Below are positions 9,501 to 19,800 of a stretch of DNA of 64,000 bases, one piece after another. Origin of the DNA: a virus (Duplodnaviria > Caudoviricetes). A program made the translations under genes and the position numbers. The notes beneath the pieces are model-generated. The model saw only the letters and a list, made by a program, of their open reading frames with translations, was not told the DNA's origin and did not search any database. Where the stretch lies: positions 18,324 to 82,323 of the IMG/VR virus record IMGVR_UViG_3300020042_007950; one strand, given 5' to 3'. Every line of letters starts with the position of its first letter. The first letter of the stretch is position 1.

Positions 9501-11437
9501 TTGGTGGAGATACTTACATTTGTAGGTATGGTTACAGAATGACATCTCAAAGATATGGTTTTAAATATTTTAGAGGAGAAGCTGCATACGGAGAAGAGAT
9601 AGGATTTGCAGGTGGAGATATTGATGACGACGATCCTTCTGAAAACACAGGGTCTACTACTGCATATAACTTTAATACTGGGGAAAATTTTGTTACAAGC
9701 TCAGAAGACATTATAAATATTGACAATTGGAGAGGTGATGGGGAAAACACTGATTGGAATCCACATGCAACTTTACATCAAATAATAATAGAATCTGATG
9801 ACAATATCAACTTCCGGTATTGTGGAGATTCAAAAAAAGGAGTAAGCACAGCTGATAGTATGTACTTTGATAAATATACTGCTACAGATGTATTGTGGAG
9901 ATCTCCTACACACGACCTTACTAAAAAAGAAAACATACTTTACGAAGATCACTATTCTGCTTTACAGGATATTAGAGTAGCAATACCTTACCCAAAGAAA
10001 GACAAATCTACTAACTTGTTCCCTAATCGTGTAATTAGGTCAATAATACAAGATGGAAACTTTATAGATACTTACCGTTATTTCTTAGCAATTGATCTTA
10101 AAGACTTTGGTCAAAACAAAGGGTCTATTACAAACATCTTTAACTTGAATGCATTGATTTACATTCATACTGAAAAGAGTTTGTTCAAAACAAAAGGTAA
10201 ACAAAACCTTGAGTTAGCTGATGCATCTCAGGCATACATCGGTTCAGGTGATTTGTTTGCACAAGAGCCTGATGAGTTTGTGCAATCTACAGACGGATAC
10301 ATGGGATTAACCAATAAAATGGGAGCCTTAGTAACCAAAGATGGGTACGTGTTTATCTCTAGAAACTCTAGAAAAATCTTCTTAATTACAGACAAAGTAC
10401 AAGATTTAACTGACCTTGGATTATCAACTTGGGCTAGAGAGAATGTACCATTTGCTTTACAAAACTATGGTGCATCTCTTGCTGGGATAAACCTAGATGC
10501 CCCAACAAATAACTTTGGATACCTTGTTACTTATGACCCACTGTTAAAAAGACTTATCATAACTAAACGTGATCTTGTTCCTACAGCTACATTTGAATCA
10601 CAACTTGCTGCAGGAAACATCTTAGTCTCTACAGGAGTAGTTGTTGATAAAAATAAAAGACCAATATCTCTTATAGAAGGGGTTAATTTTAACAAAGGAG
10701 GTTGGACAATTTCATTATCTTTAGATACAGGGGCTTGGGCTAGCAGACACTCTTACATACCACCACTTTATGCATTCAATACTAAAAATCTGTACAGCTT
10801 TAATTCAATACCTGCATCAAAGTTTTATGTACATAATGATTATGTTAATCCTGGTAATTTTTATGGTATTGTATTTAACTTTGAGTTTGAATTTATATCT
10901 ACTGGGGATGTATCTACGTCTAAAACGGGGGCTGTTTCAACTACTAAGAGTGATAATAAACTATATTCAGCTGTCACTTACTTCTTAGAAACGTATAAAG
11001 CAGATGCTAATAACATCTCTAAAGTAACTACAACTCTAAATCCTGGATTCACTAGTTTCTATGTTTACACTACAGAACAAATCTCGGGAGTTAGGGATCT
11101 AACGTATCTTAAAAACATTAGAAAAGTTGATCACAACTGGATATTTAATGACTTTAGAGATTTGTCAAAAATAAATTTCAACACAACTTTGGCTCAAAAC
11201 CAAATCAATGTTAATGGTGACTTTTATACAGGAACGTATGCTCCAGGGGGATCAACTCCTATGTTTACGTCAGAAGGAATTGTAAATTCTCTTTACTTAG
11301 ACACAGCCAAACCTTGGTACGAGCAAAGAAAGTTCATAGATAAATTCTTAGGAATACGATTAATTTCTAACAACCGAGCTCAAAATTTAATAAATTTGTA
11401 TACAGCTAAAGCTAACTACCGTACTACGAGTAGATAA
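6581..11437 (+). CDS. Muzzle / tail stabilisation protein (crAss gp44, P22 gp10-like)
   Basis: N-terminal FLKGMNKD...YRDALN signature, beta-rich repeats, 1618 aa, and conserved position before the cargo genes. Confidence 0.8.
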   Translation: MASELKFLKGMNKDTGLSDQVDGTYRDALNAVVDINKGAISNEFGNKLVASLPTGYLPVGQIALPDDNFIIFANKAGTPTSTSSIFLVNTSTNVLSALLTTNTGELTGHLNFDIDNPITGEFRVSPTGEIIVYFTDNKYKFTVEPVTKIEYPEYYNPPRVFNVTRQQIFLSTGGTPNKLYTFTGQNITMLNMFMDSGRIPEFNAASIIEGGGVVTGAYYLAVAYADKDFTETNVLGMANPVYVHPSSESYIPFEMIGGAPGGVETNKSIKWDLTSLNIDYKYIVPYVLQKIGEVQFVYKLEFVEIKTTTISITYSGLEQVDKATVEDSVLDKVNYLSAKSIAQLDNRMYAANLTGRKDLGFQRFANGIRLQAVTKNILEFDPRAYDIYNINVGYAAVSKNVDYPFPTDYNYISAVTYLVQNGKDRGYRNINRLFKEKSYRRGEVYSFYISFIFKDGTESYAYHIPGRNVVKSWENGPLNNVDVSGFNPVEFIETNPNGLMYQYLDTSLYVSQSTGYWENRNETYPDSPDFDIYSVDGAGSPVLSGSIRNLNVRHHKMPSNHNLSFSTLVTSIDFSFPTLANSSVSTSAQTKFNENVRILGFKLENLKIPKFILQQVQGYKVYYAKRNQGDKTIIGQSGLHPSEWIKSGNLYNKRQTAMFGPYYHMWQMGALPYSGSFAYTNYPWASTYNDNVAAQSVFKFHDFNLLRTQKSLGQATHIDLQYVATMHQWRGRHKGIQPGNIDGEGNFDSSTYYTQFRSGESEYQWINSTLANTDNYDNTSDDTSVYSTPSAYGLLMVAAKYSPPGASGANDYGVSVAGVTGNQSYLGVNQTIFPLDPDSASYLAGMSILKNSSSTAFKGATYLLNLSGESSIVLGLKSGIPPLRGTNINLLGEDFAFLRKVNVENAQNGPVTTGRPNVYIANLCSTKTDVFEPFDAQRLVWTGFYKSTLLVNIITGGDVDGTNYYTGVRTSDIFGGDTYICRYGYRMTSQRYGFKYFRGEAAYGEEIGFAGGDIDDDDPSENTGSTTAYNFNTGENFVTSSEDIINIDNWRGDGENTDWNPHATLHQIIIESDDNINFRYCGDSKKGVSTADSMYFDKYTATDVLWRSPTHDLTKKENILYEDHYSALQDIRVAIPYPKKDKSTNLFPNRVIRSIIQDGNFIDTYRYFLAIDLKDFGQNKGSITNIFNLNALIYIHTEKSLFKTKGKQNLELADASQAYIGSGDLFAQEPDEFVQSTDGYMGLTNKMGALVTKDGYVFISRNSRKIFLITDKVQDLTDLGLSTWARENVPFALQNYGASLAGINLDAPTNNFGYLVTYDPLLKRLIITKRDLVPTATFESQLAAGNILVSTGVVVDKNKRPISLIEGVNFNKGGWTISLSLDTGAWASRHSYIPPLYAFNTKNLYSFNSIPASKFYVHNDYVNPGNFYGIVFNFEFEFISTGDVSTSKTGAVSTTKSDNKLYSAVTYFLETYKADANNISKVTTTLNPGFTSFYVYTTEQISGVRDLTYLKNIRKVDHNWIFNDFRDLSKINFNTTLAQNQINVNGDFYTGTYAPGGSTPMFTSEGIVNSLYLDTAKPWYEQRKFIDKFLGIRLISNNRAQNLINLYTAKANYRTTSR

Positions 11438-11448
11438 ACCTTACCATT

Positions 11449-14400
11449 ATGGCCAAAAAACTAATTAGTAGACAACAACAAAAACCTGCACTAAAGAAAG
11501 TTAAGAAGTATTCTTTAGCTGGATATAACTTAAGTGGAGTCTCTCAGGCTCCACAAGCTTCATATTACCTAGGGCAATCTGCAGCAGATGAGGCAGGTAA
11601 AACTCAAAACGTTGCTTTGCAATCTTTGAAAGAAACTCAAGACGAATTAAAAAAACTTAACGAAGGGCAAAAAGAACAGCAAGAAGCTGCTATCAAACAA
11701 TCTAGTATGGAGCTAAGTAAGCTTGCACTTAATACTGGTAAAGACATTTTTCAAGAAAGAGCAGCAAAGAAAGCTGCTGAGTTAGCCGCTAGTCAAATTG
11801 CTAAGAATACAGCAACTACTGCAACTAAAGAGTTTGGTACAAATGCAATGATAGCTGGAGACGCAGGAGTAGATCTTGCATCTACTGGAGCTGCTGTAGG
11901 AACAACTGCAGCTAAAACAGCTGGATCTTTCATGTCAGGAGTAGCTTCTTACGGCCAGCCTGTATCAGCAGCCTTAGCTATTGGTGGAGAAATAATTAAG
12001 AATACTGGTAGTGATAACAATGCTGCTACTTACACTCAGAAAGAAAGAAACAGATATGGTGTAGGTAACATAATGGCTAAAACTGGACAGTTTGCTGGAT
12101 ACGGTTCAATGCTTGGACCTGTAGGTACTTTAGTAGGAGCAACTGCTGGACTTGGATATGGTATTTATGATACTGTAAAAGATAATAAAAAAACAGCAGA
12201 AGAAGCAGGCAACCTTGCTATGGCTAATACAGATCCAATGGCTGCAGCTAACAATGCTTTTATTGACAGCAAAATGATGGATGCCTACAGAGGTGGGAGT
12301 CAAATGGCTCGTTACGGTGGTATGAGTAAGTATGCAATGGGTGGATCAGAATGTCCTCCAGGTACTACTTACAATCCTGCAACAGGAGCATGTGATCCAG
12401 TAGCCCAAGCCACTTCACAATTTAACTACTTTACTACTCCCGCTGCTGCACCTGAAGGAGACAAAGCTTCTGGAGAAATGTACAATTCGTTTGACGAGCA
12501 AAGTGCTAAAAGACAAGCTAAACAAGAGTACCAGCAAAAGAAACAACAGTACAATATGGATTGGGCAAAAGCCCGTAGAGTAGATATTGATTCTGCTGAT
12601 CCTCATACACTTCAAGATAGAATTCCTTATCCACAAATGCCTCTTTCTCCAGCAGAGCAACGTCGTGTAGATGCAGGAAGAGACCCTGGAACTTTCTTCG
12701 ATCATTATCAGTCAGATCCTAAACGTCCAGGAACTCGAATGTTAAATAAATTTAACAACGATTTAATGGAAGGAGATCAAGACTTAGGCTTTAGACAAGA
12801 AAGGCCTGTTGAGGAAGAACAAAGTTCTGGTGGAGGTGGTGTAAGTCTTCGTGGTTTATTTACTAAAAAAAGTAAAGCCAACCGTGGAGGTGACCACAGC
12901 AAAAGACAAACAGGTACAGATTGGTTTCAAAGGCAAATAAATAAACATTGTGAGGAAGTAAGTAAATATGCTGCTGGTGGAGCAATAGACCCTAACTGCT
13001 ATGAATTTGGAGGAAGTTATGAAGACCTTGGGGGAACTCGTTATGCACAAGGTGGAAAGATTAAACCTATCCCAAACTCTAACGATGTTGAATATGTGGG
13101 GAACACCCATGAAGAAGGAGGAATTAAGCTTGATAAATATACTGAAGTAGAAGATAAAGAAACTGGAACTAAGATTAACGGAAACCAATACTTCTTCTCT
13201 CGTGTATTAAAAACACCAAAAGGAGAGCCGTATTCTCAAGCACATAAAGCTATTGCTTCCAATCCGTCTTTAGACCCTATTTCAAAAAAAAACATTATAA
13301 AAGACTTAGCTCGTCAACAAGAAGAGCAGGCAGGTCGTGATCCTAAACAGATTGCTAGAACTGGTGGTATGCAAGAATATGCTGGAGGTGGTAAAAAGAA
13401 AGATCCTGTAAAAAAGAAAAAAAGCAAAGATTTTACATATGCAGATATGCAAAATTACGATCTTCCAATAGGCCCTACAAATGAGCCTAGCACCGGATTT
13501 ATGTTAAATGGCCAACTTGTTGAATATAGAATGGATGCTGAGACTGGAGATTATATTAGAGATCCTAAAACAAATCAACCTGTACCATTCCCCCTTTCTA
13601 CAAAAACAGATTTTAAAGTTCAAGATGGTTTAAGACAAGAACTTTTAGATTACAACTTTAGACCTCAAGATAATGGAGAGCCAGGAAGCCTTCCTAAAGA
13701 TCCAGAAAGAAAGTTAGATCTAAGTAAAACTTGGTTAGAAGAACATCCTGGGTTCCTTGGAGGATTAGCACAGTTAGCAGGTCCAGCTTATGCAATGCTT
13801 AAACCGTATAAGAAAACAAATGCTATGGCTGCAGCTCAATCTGTAACTGCCCCAAGTCTTGCAAGAGTAGATAAGTCAGGAGAAATTGAAGATGCACGTC
13901 GTCAGCAAAATGCCATGAATACCTACCTAAAGAATACAAACTTAGGTCCTGGTAAAATCATTGCTATGCAAAGTGTAGCAACTAAAACTGCTGATGAGAT
14001 TTCTAAAATCTCTTTAAGACAAGATGCTGAAAACAGAGCAATTAAAAACTCAGAAGCACAGATAGCTGCTGAAGTTGCTGGAAGAAACCAAGCTGCACAA
14101 CTTGAAACAAGTAAAGCAAACATGATGGCTGATATTAATCAGAACCAATACATGGATGAAAGAAACTTGGGAGTTGCAGAAGCTCTTGGTAAAGACATTG
14201 CTGGGATGTCAATGGATCAACGTAAGCTTGATATGCAATACAGAATTGCAAGAGGTCTAGATAAAACTGGGTCACTTAACCGTTACGAGATAATGGAGCA
14301 ATTAAGAAAGCAAGCTAAGAATCCAGAAAGCCCTGTGTACCAAAAATCAGAAGCAGAACTTCAACAAATTGCTTCTGACTTAGGATATAAAGTAGTACAA

Positions 14401-14514
14401 GTTTTAGCAGATGACAAAGAGGAGAAAAGATTTGGTGGAATGGGTAGAAAATACACATCTCGTCTAGGTGATTTGTCTACTAAAAGAAATACTACAGCTA
14501 AACAATCGATATAA
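11449..14514 (+). CDS. Virion cargo protein 1 (crAss gp45-like)
   Basis: GNTHEEGGIKL...EVEDKE motif, Gly/Ala-rich hydrophobic segment, repeated YxxGG motifs; directly after the muzzle gene. Confidence 0.7.
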   Translation: MAKKLISRQQQKPALKKVKKYSLAGYNLSGVSQAPQASYYLGQSAADEAGKTQNVALQSLKETQDELKKLNEGQKEQQEAAIKQSSMELSKLALNTGKDIFQERAAKKAAELAASQIAKNTATTATKEFGTNAMIAGDAGVDLASTGAAVGTTAAKTAGSFMSGVASYGQPVSAALAIGGEIIKNTGSDNNAATYTQKERNRYGVGNIMAKTGQFAGYGSMLGPVGTLVGATAGLGYGIYDTVKDNKKTAEEAGNLAMANTDPMAAANNAFIDSKMMDAYRGGSQMARYGGMSKYAMGGSECPPGTTYNPATGACDPVAQATSQFNYFTTPAAAPEGDKASGEMYNSFDEQSAKRQAKQEYQQKKQQYNMDWAKARRVDIDSADPHTLQDRIPYPQMPLSPAEQRRVDAGRDPGTFFDHYQSDPKRPGTRMLNKFNNDLMEGDQDLGFRQERPVEEEQSSGGGGVSLRGLFTKKSKANRGGDHSKRQTGTDWFQRQINKHCEEVSKYAAGGAIDPNCYEFGGSYEDLGGTRYAQGGKIKPIPNSNDVEYVGNTHEEGGIKLDKYTEVEDKETGTKINGNQYFFSRVLKTPKGEPYSQAHKAIASNPSLDPISKKNIIKDLARQQEEQAGRDPKQIARTGGMQEYAGGGKKKDPVKKKKSKDFTYADMQNYDLPIGPTNEPSTGFMLNGQLVEYRMDAETGDYIRDPKTNQPVPFPLSTKTDFKVQDGLRQELLDYNFRPQDNGEPGSLPKDPERKLDLSKTWLEEHPGFLGGLAQLAGPAYAMLKPYKKTNAMAAAQSVTAPSLARVDKSGEIEDARRQQNAMNTYLKNTNLGPGKIIAMQSVATKTADEISKISLRQDAENRAIKNSEAQIAAEVAGRNQAAQLETSKANMMADINQNQYMDERNLGVAEALGKDIAGMSMDQRKLDMQYRIARGLDKTGSLNRYEIMEQLRKQAKNPESPVYQKSEAELQQIASDLGYKVVQVLADDKEEKRFGGMGRKYTSRLGDLSTKRNTTAKQSI

Positions 14515-14523
14515 TAAAATACC

Positions 14524-16806
14524 ATGCCGTATAAATTTGGTGAATATGTAAGTCAGTATGTAGACCCAAAGTCTATAGAGATAGGGGAAACTCTCCATAA
14601 TCGTTATATGGAGGCCTTTAAAACAAATGATCAACTGGCTATGGCCGTAGATCAAATGCAGGCTGCTTTACCTTTTGAAAACGATATGATGAAGAAGAAA
14701 GAATTGCAAGCTCAGTTAGATGAGAAGCTTGCACAGATTGCTAATCGTGGAGACTTTGAAAATTTAGGATTTGTAATTCATAAAGAAGCCAAAGACTTTT
14801 CTCGTAAATATGCTCCTATCAAAGAGAACTATACTCGTTATGCAACAGCTATGACTGAGTTGCAAGAAAGTGTTAAGAAAGGAGATGTTAACGAAGAGTA
14901 TGCAAACCTATTCCCTTCTTACATGGTAAAGGGATATAAAGGGTTTGAAATGGACGAGGCTACAGGAAGAGTAAAGCAAGGATCAATGTTCTCTGCTCCG
15001 ACTGCTGTAAAAGATCCTAAAATCATGGAGAAGCTTCAAGCTAGATTAGCTATTCTTGAACCTGAGAAATTTAAAAGTAGAATTACTGGCTACACCGGAG
15101 AAGGTAACATGTATAAGTTTACCACAGAAAACGAAGTAGTTGAAATTAGAAAAGAAGATGTTCAAGATATAATTGATGCTGTACTTTCTGAACCAGATGT
15201 AAAAGCATACGTAGATCAATTTTCAGATATGAAAGCTTATGCTGCTACTAAAGCTGAAGGAGCTTCTGCAACTGTGACATCTATGGCTGATAACTATTCA
15301 AACGTAGTTGGACAACTTACTGCAAAGCTTGATGACCCTAGTCTTAAAAGTGGAGAAAGAGTTCAGATTAAAACTCAAATTGAAGCATTAACTGCTGAGA
15401 TTGCAAAAGTTACAAAAGTTGCAGCAGATGAAAAACTGGCTTACGAGTACGTTAAAAATAAGTATGAAGACGAAATTATAGCTCCTTATCAATCATACGG
15501 AGAGAAGAAAATTAGAAGAAGTGAAAGTACTGAAAGAAGTAAAGAGTTTTCTGAAACATATCTTAAAGACAGAGAGTGGGAACTTGCTAATCAAAGTCTT
15601 CAAGTTATGGGTAAAGTTAGTCTTGCTGATAGAAATGGGGCTACGTTAGATGAAAAATCTACTAACATGAAAAATGCATTTGCATCAGCATATGCACTTG
15701 AACAAAAATTAAATAACCCAGACTACGTAGCTACTTTATCTCCAAAATCTTTGGAACTAGAGAGAGCTACTTTAAAAGGATATAAAGACCAAGCTCTTCT
15801 TATTCAACAACAAATGTTTACTGCAGCTAACGGAGCTATTAGTGAAAGAGACATTATAGAAGCTGCTCCAGATGCTTGGAAAACTTACACTGCATTTAAA
15901 GAATTGTATCCTTGGGCAAAACCTGGAGAGATATATATTCGTATGCAATCAACGTTTGGTGATCAAGGTGGGCAGGATTACTCAAACTTCTTGAACAAAT
16001 ACAAAGAAAAATACGGAGATTACGTTGCACCTGGTGTTAAATACGATAGTAAAAAAGTAGGATTTATAGGGTCTACTGGAGCTGGAGCTGGAAATATTGA
16101 TTACTCAGCTACTGCAGTTCCACAAGATCTTGCAAGCATATTAACTGGTAAATTTAACGATAAAATAAACAGTCAATTTAGAGAAATTAAAACTGCTACT
16201 ACATTTAACTACGGACGTATTGATGCCCCTACTTTAGAAGCATCTAAAAATTTAACAGCTGCTATACAAAACTTCTTTGTAAATAAACCTATTACTGCAG
16301 ATTTCACTCTTACAGATATTACTAAAGAAGGTGCTACAACTATTAGTGGGTCTGAACTTGCAGGATTTACAGTAGCAGATGTTGGATGGAATATGACTAA
16401 CAACATATATGAATTAAAACTTGTTGGAGGAACAAAAGACGCTCCTATAAGCAAAACAGTTCACTTAGATGGTGAGTACATTCGTAACTCGACCTTAGAC
16501 AAAATGTTAAATACTCCTGAAAACAGAGTAGCTGGGATAGTTGCACAATTAGATATGCATAAAAAAGGAGAAGTTTCTACTAGAGAAGTTACAATTTTAG
16601 GGGAAAATGGACGTATGCCTGCATACATGGTTGTAGAATCAGATGGGGCAGGGCACCCTTACATTAGGTATGTAGATAAAAACTGGCAAAACTTTGGAGG
16701 AAACTCAGCAATACTTAGTCAAAAGCATAGACTAGACTCTCAAGACTTAAAAGATATTGTCAATTATTATGATAATAATACTGGGAGTTATGCAATAGAA
16801 TTTTAA
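14524..16806 (+). CDS. Virion cargo / ejection protein
   Basis: 760-aa helical ORF between cargo 1 and the three giant ORFs. Confidence 0.6.
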   Translation: MPYKFGEYVSQYVDPKSIEIGETLHNRYMEAFKTNDQLAMAVDQMQAALPFENDMMKKKELQAQLDEKLAQIANRGDFENLGFVIHKEAKDFSRKYAPIKENYTRYATAMTELQESVKKGDVNEEYANLFPSYMVKGYKGFEMDEATGRVKQGSMFSAPTAVKDPKIMEKLQARLAILEPEKFKSRITGYTGEGNMYKFTTENEVVEIRKEDVQDIIDAVLSEPDVKAYVDQFSDMKAYAATKAEGASATVTSMADNYSNVVGQLTAKLDDPSLKSGERVQIKTQIEALTAEIAKVTKVAADEKLAYEYVKNKYEDEIIAPYQSYGEKKIRRSESTERSKEFSETYLKDREWELANQSLQVMGKVSLADRNGATLDEKSTNMKNAFASAYALEQKLNNPDYVATLSPKSLELERATLKGYKDQALLIQQQMFTAANGAISERDIIEAAPDAWKTYTAFKELYPWAKPGEIYIRMQSTFGDQGGQDYSNFLNKYKEKYGDYVAPGVKYDSKKVGFIGSTGAGAGNIDYSATAVPQDLASILTGKFNDKINSQFREIKTATTFNYGRIDAPTLEASKNLTAAIQNFFVNKPITADFTLTDITKEGATTISGSELAGFTVADVGWNMTNNIYELKLVGGTKDAPISKTVHLDGEYIRNSTLDKMLNTPENRVAGIVAQLDMHKKGEVSTREVTILGENGRMPAYMVVESDGAGHPYIRYVDKNWQNFGGNSAILSQKHRLDSQDLKDIVNYYDNNTGSYAIEF

Positions 16807-16814
16807 TATCTTTG
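16807..16814 (+). promoter_or_regulatory. Bacteroidota -7 promoter element (TATCTTTG)
   Basis: TAnnTTTG 6 nt before ATG 16821. Confidence 0.55.
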
Positions 16815-16820
16815 TAGAAT

Positions 16821-19800
16821 ATGGCTGAATCAGATGCAATCCTCAATGCTTTTACTAACCTGTCAGGAAAACCAAAAGAATCTTTTGTAAATAAAAGTAA
16901 ACCTGATGGTGACCCTATAAAAGGTGCTTTTGAATCATTGTCTGGAGGAACTGCTAAACTTGAAAATAGAGCCCCTAAATATAGTAACTATAGTCCTTTA
17001 GATATTGCTGGTCAAGCTGTAGACTTAACTAATGTTTACACTGACCCTATTGGAAAATATGCAGCATACAATGTTGCATTAAATCCATTCAACGACTGGA
17101 ATGAAGAACGTGCTCAAAACCAAAGCACTACTCAAAAGTGGATGAATGGTTTAAGCAAAGCCGGTCTTACTACATTAGGTTCTGTGTATGAAAATACAGT
17201 AGGAGTATTAGCAGGTGTTGGTTCTATGATGTCTGGTGGTTCATACTACGACAACTTTGTTGGAAGACAAGTTGATGAAATGAACCAATGGGCTCAATCA
17301 GCTCTCCCAAACTACTACACCAAGGCAGAGGTAAACGGAAGTCTAGTTTCCAATCTTGCTACAGCTAACTTCTGGGCAGATAAATTTGCTGGAGGTTTAG
17401 GGTACACTCTTGGATCTATTGCTACAATGTGGCTTGGTACAGGAGAATTAGGGCTATCTGCTAAGTTAGGTTCACTTGTTGCAAAAGGTGCACAAGGTGC
17501 TAAAATTGCAGATGCTGCAGGTGACATACTTAATGTAACAGACGACTTAGCAAAAGTTGCAGGTAATGCAGCTAAAGCAGGAAGTAAAGAAAAGATTTTA
17601 TATCAAACTATCAAAGGAGTAGAAGATGCTAAATCAGCTGGTAAAGGGTTAGAAGCTTTAGATAGATATGCTAAAATTAAAACTGCTACAAAACATCTAG
17701 CAGTTGGTACTCAGATGTCATTAGCTGAATCTTCTGTTGAAGCTCGTGAAGCTAAAAACTCATTCATTGAAGAACGTAAGGCAGAATGGGAGGCATCAAA
17801 TCCTGGTCAACCTCTTCCAGCAGATGTAGAAGAAGCTATCATGCAAAGTGCTAATGCTGTAGGTAATACTACGTTTGCTATTAACCTTCCTCTTCTAACT
17901 GCTACAAACTTATTGATGTTTGGTAAAGCAATGCAAGGAGCTCGTGTTGGGGAAAAAACAATGTATGACATTGAGAAAAAAGGATTAACTGCAGGTGAAG
18001 AATGGGTTGAAAAAGCTGCAAGCTCTAAGTTTGGGAAAGCATACGGCAGAGCTCAAAAAACATTTGGCCCCGTACTTAAAACTTCTGCTGAAGAAGGTTT
18101 TCAAGAAGCCGGCCAGTTTGCTGGATCTCAATTTGCACGTAACTACTACGGAGAAAAGTTTAATGATGGTACAGGAGACATGGCTTCTGCAATGAGCAAA
18201 GCATTGTCATCGACTATAGGGACTAAAGAAGGTTTAGAGAACATATTGATTGGAGCATTAGTCGGAGGTGGTACCGGAGCAGTAAGCCGTCTTATGGGAG
18301 CTGAGAAAAAACTTCTTGCTCAAAAAGGACTTAATACTACTGAAGCTATTAAGATGCTTAACTCAGGAGCTATTAAAAAAATTATTGAGAATGCAGAGCA
18401 AAGTGCTGAAAACCTAGCATTCATCAAAGACATTAATGATGCTAATCTTGATAATGAAAGAGAAGGCATTACAAAAGCTGAAAGACGTCAAAACGATTTA
18501 AAGGCTGAAACTGCTCGTATGAGATTGATCCACGGAGTCTTTGCTAAGATGAATGGATTAGGGGCAATCGATTATGCAATGGAGCAGTTTGATGACGCTG
18601 CTTCAATGGACGAAAAAGAATTCAAGCAAGCTTTTGGTTATGACATGAACCGTACTCTTGAACAGCAAACTGGTAAAACCCAGATGCAGATCATTGAGGA
18701 CACGAAAAATAAAATGCAATCTGCTATCAAACGTTCAGAGCAGGTGCATAATATCCTTTCACAGTTTAACCCTGGTACATCACTAGTAGCTAAGCTTAGA
18801 GATAGTTTCCAAACAGAAGAAACTAAAAAGAATAAATTGATTCAAGATACTGTACGTAGAACATACGGACAAATCTTAACTCACAATCTTCTTGATATAG
18901 ATACTATCGACAGTAGAATTGACGAGCAATACGATAAACTTGTACAGCTTGCTCCGGCTCTAGCAAAATTAGATCCAGAAGAAATTAAATACCAAATTAA
19001 AGTTGGAAATGTTGAACTTGACTCAAACGGTAACCCAATGTTCAAGGCAGCAGCTTCTGTTAACTTTAAAGACAATATTTTAAAACAATTTAATGAGATC
19101 TATGCTGCTAAAGTAGAGCTTGATGCAGCAACAGCTGATGAATTCAAAGCTGAATTGCTACATCTTAGAGATCTTGGAATTAAACGTGCAGGTATTTCAG
19201 AGTCATTTAAGAACTTGTCTCGTAATCCAGAGCAAATGGATTTGTATGTAGAAGCTCAAATGGCTATGCAAGAGCAAGAACAGAAGAGAGCTGCAGAAGA
19301 TAGAGCTAGACAAGCAATTGAAGGAGCAGAAACTGCAGATGATCTTACAGATGCTGTAGACCCAGATGCTTCCCCAGAAGTTAAAGCTGCTGCATTAGAA
19401 AGACGTGCTCAGCTTGAGCAAGAAGAGAAAGCTAAGATTGCTCAGTACATGTCAATGGACTTAGAGGACATGAAAGCTATCGATATGGATAGCTTGGATG
19501 CTATGTCTCAATCAGCATTGATGAAGGCAATGGAGGCCAAGACTAAAGAAGCTCAAAGTAAAGGTCTTACTCCCGATCAACTTAAATCTGAAAAAGAATT
19601 TAAAACTGTTGGAGGAGAAAGTGCAGGACTTGTCGATCTGTCTGAAATGGAGCAGACTCTGTTGGATGAGATAATGGTTTCTCCAAACGGAACTCAGTTC
19701 AATATTGATGGTAGACAGTACTACATGGAGAGTGCTGACCCAGTAGAAGCTTTAATTTTAGATGATGCTGGAGAAGTAGTAGGAGTAAAACTTACTGACT

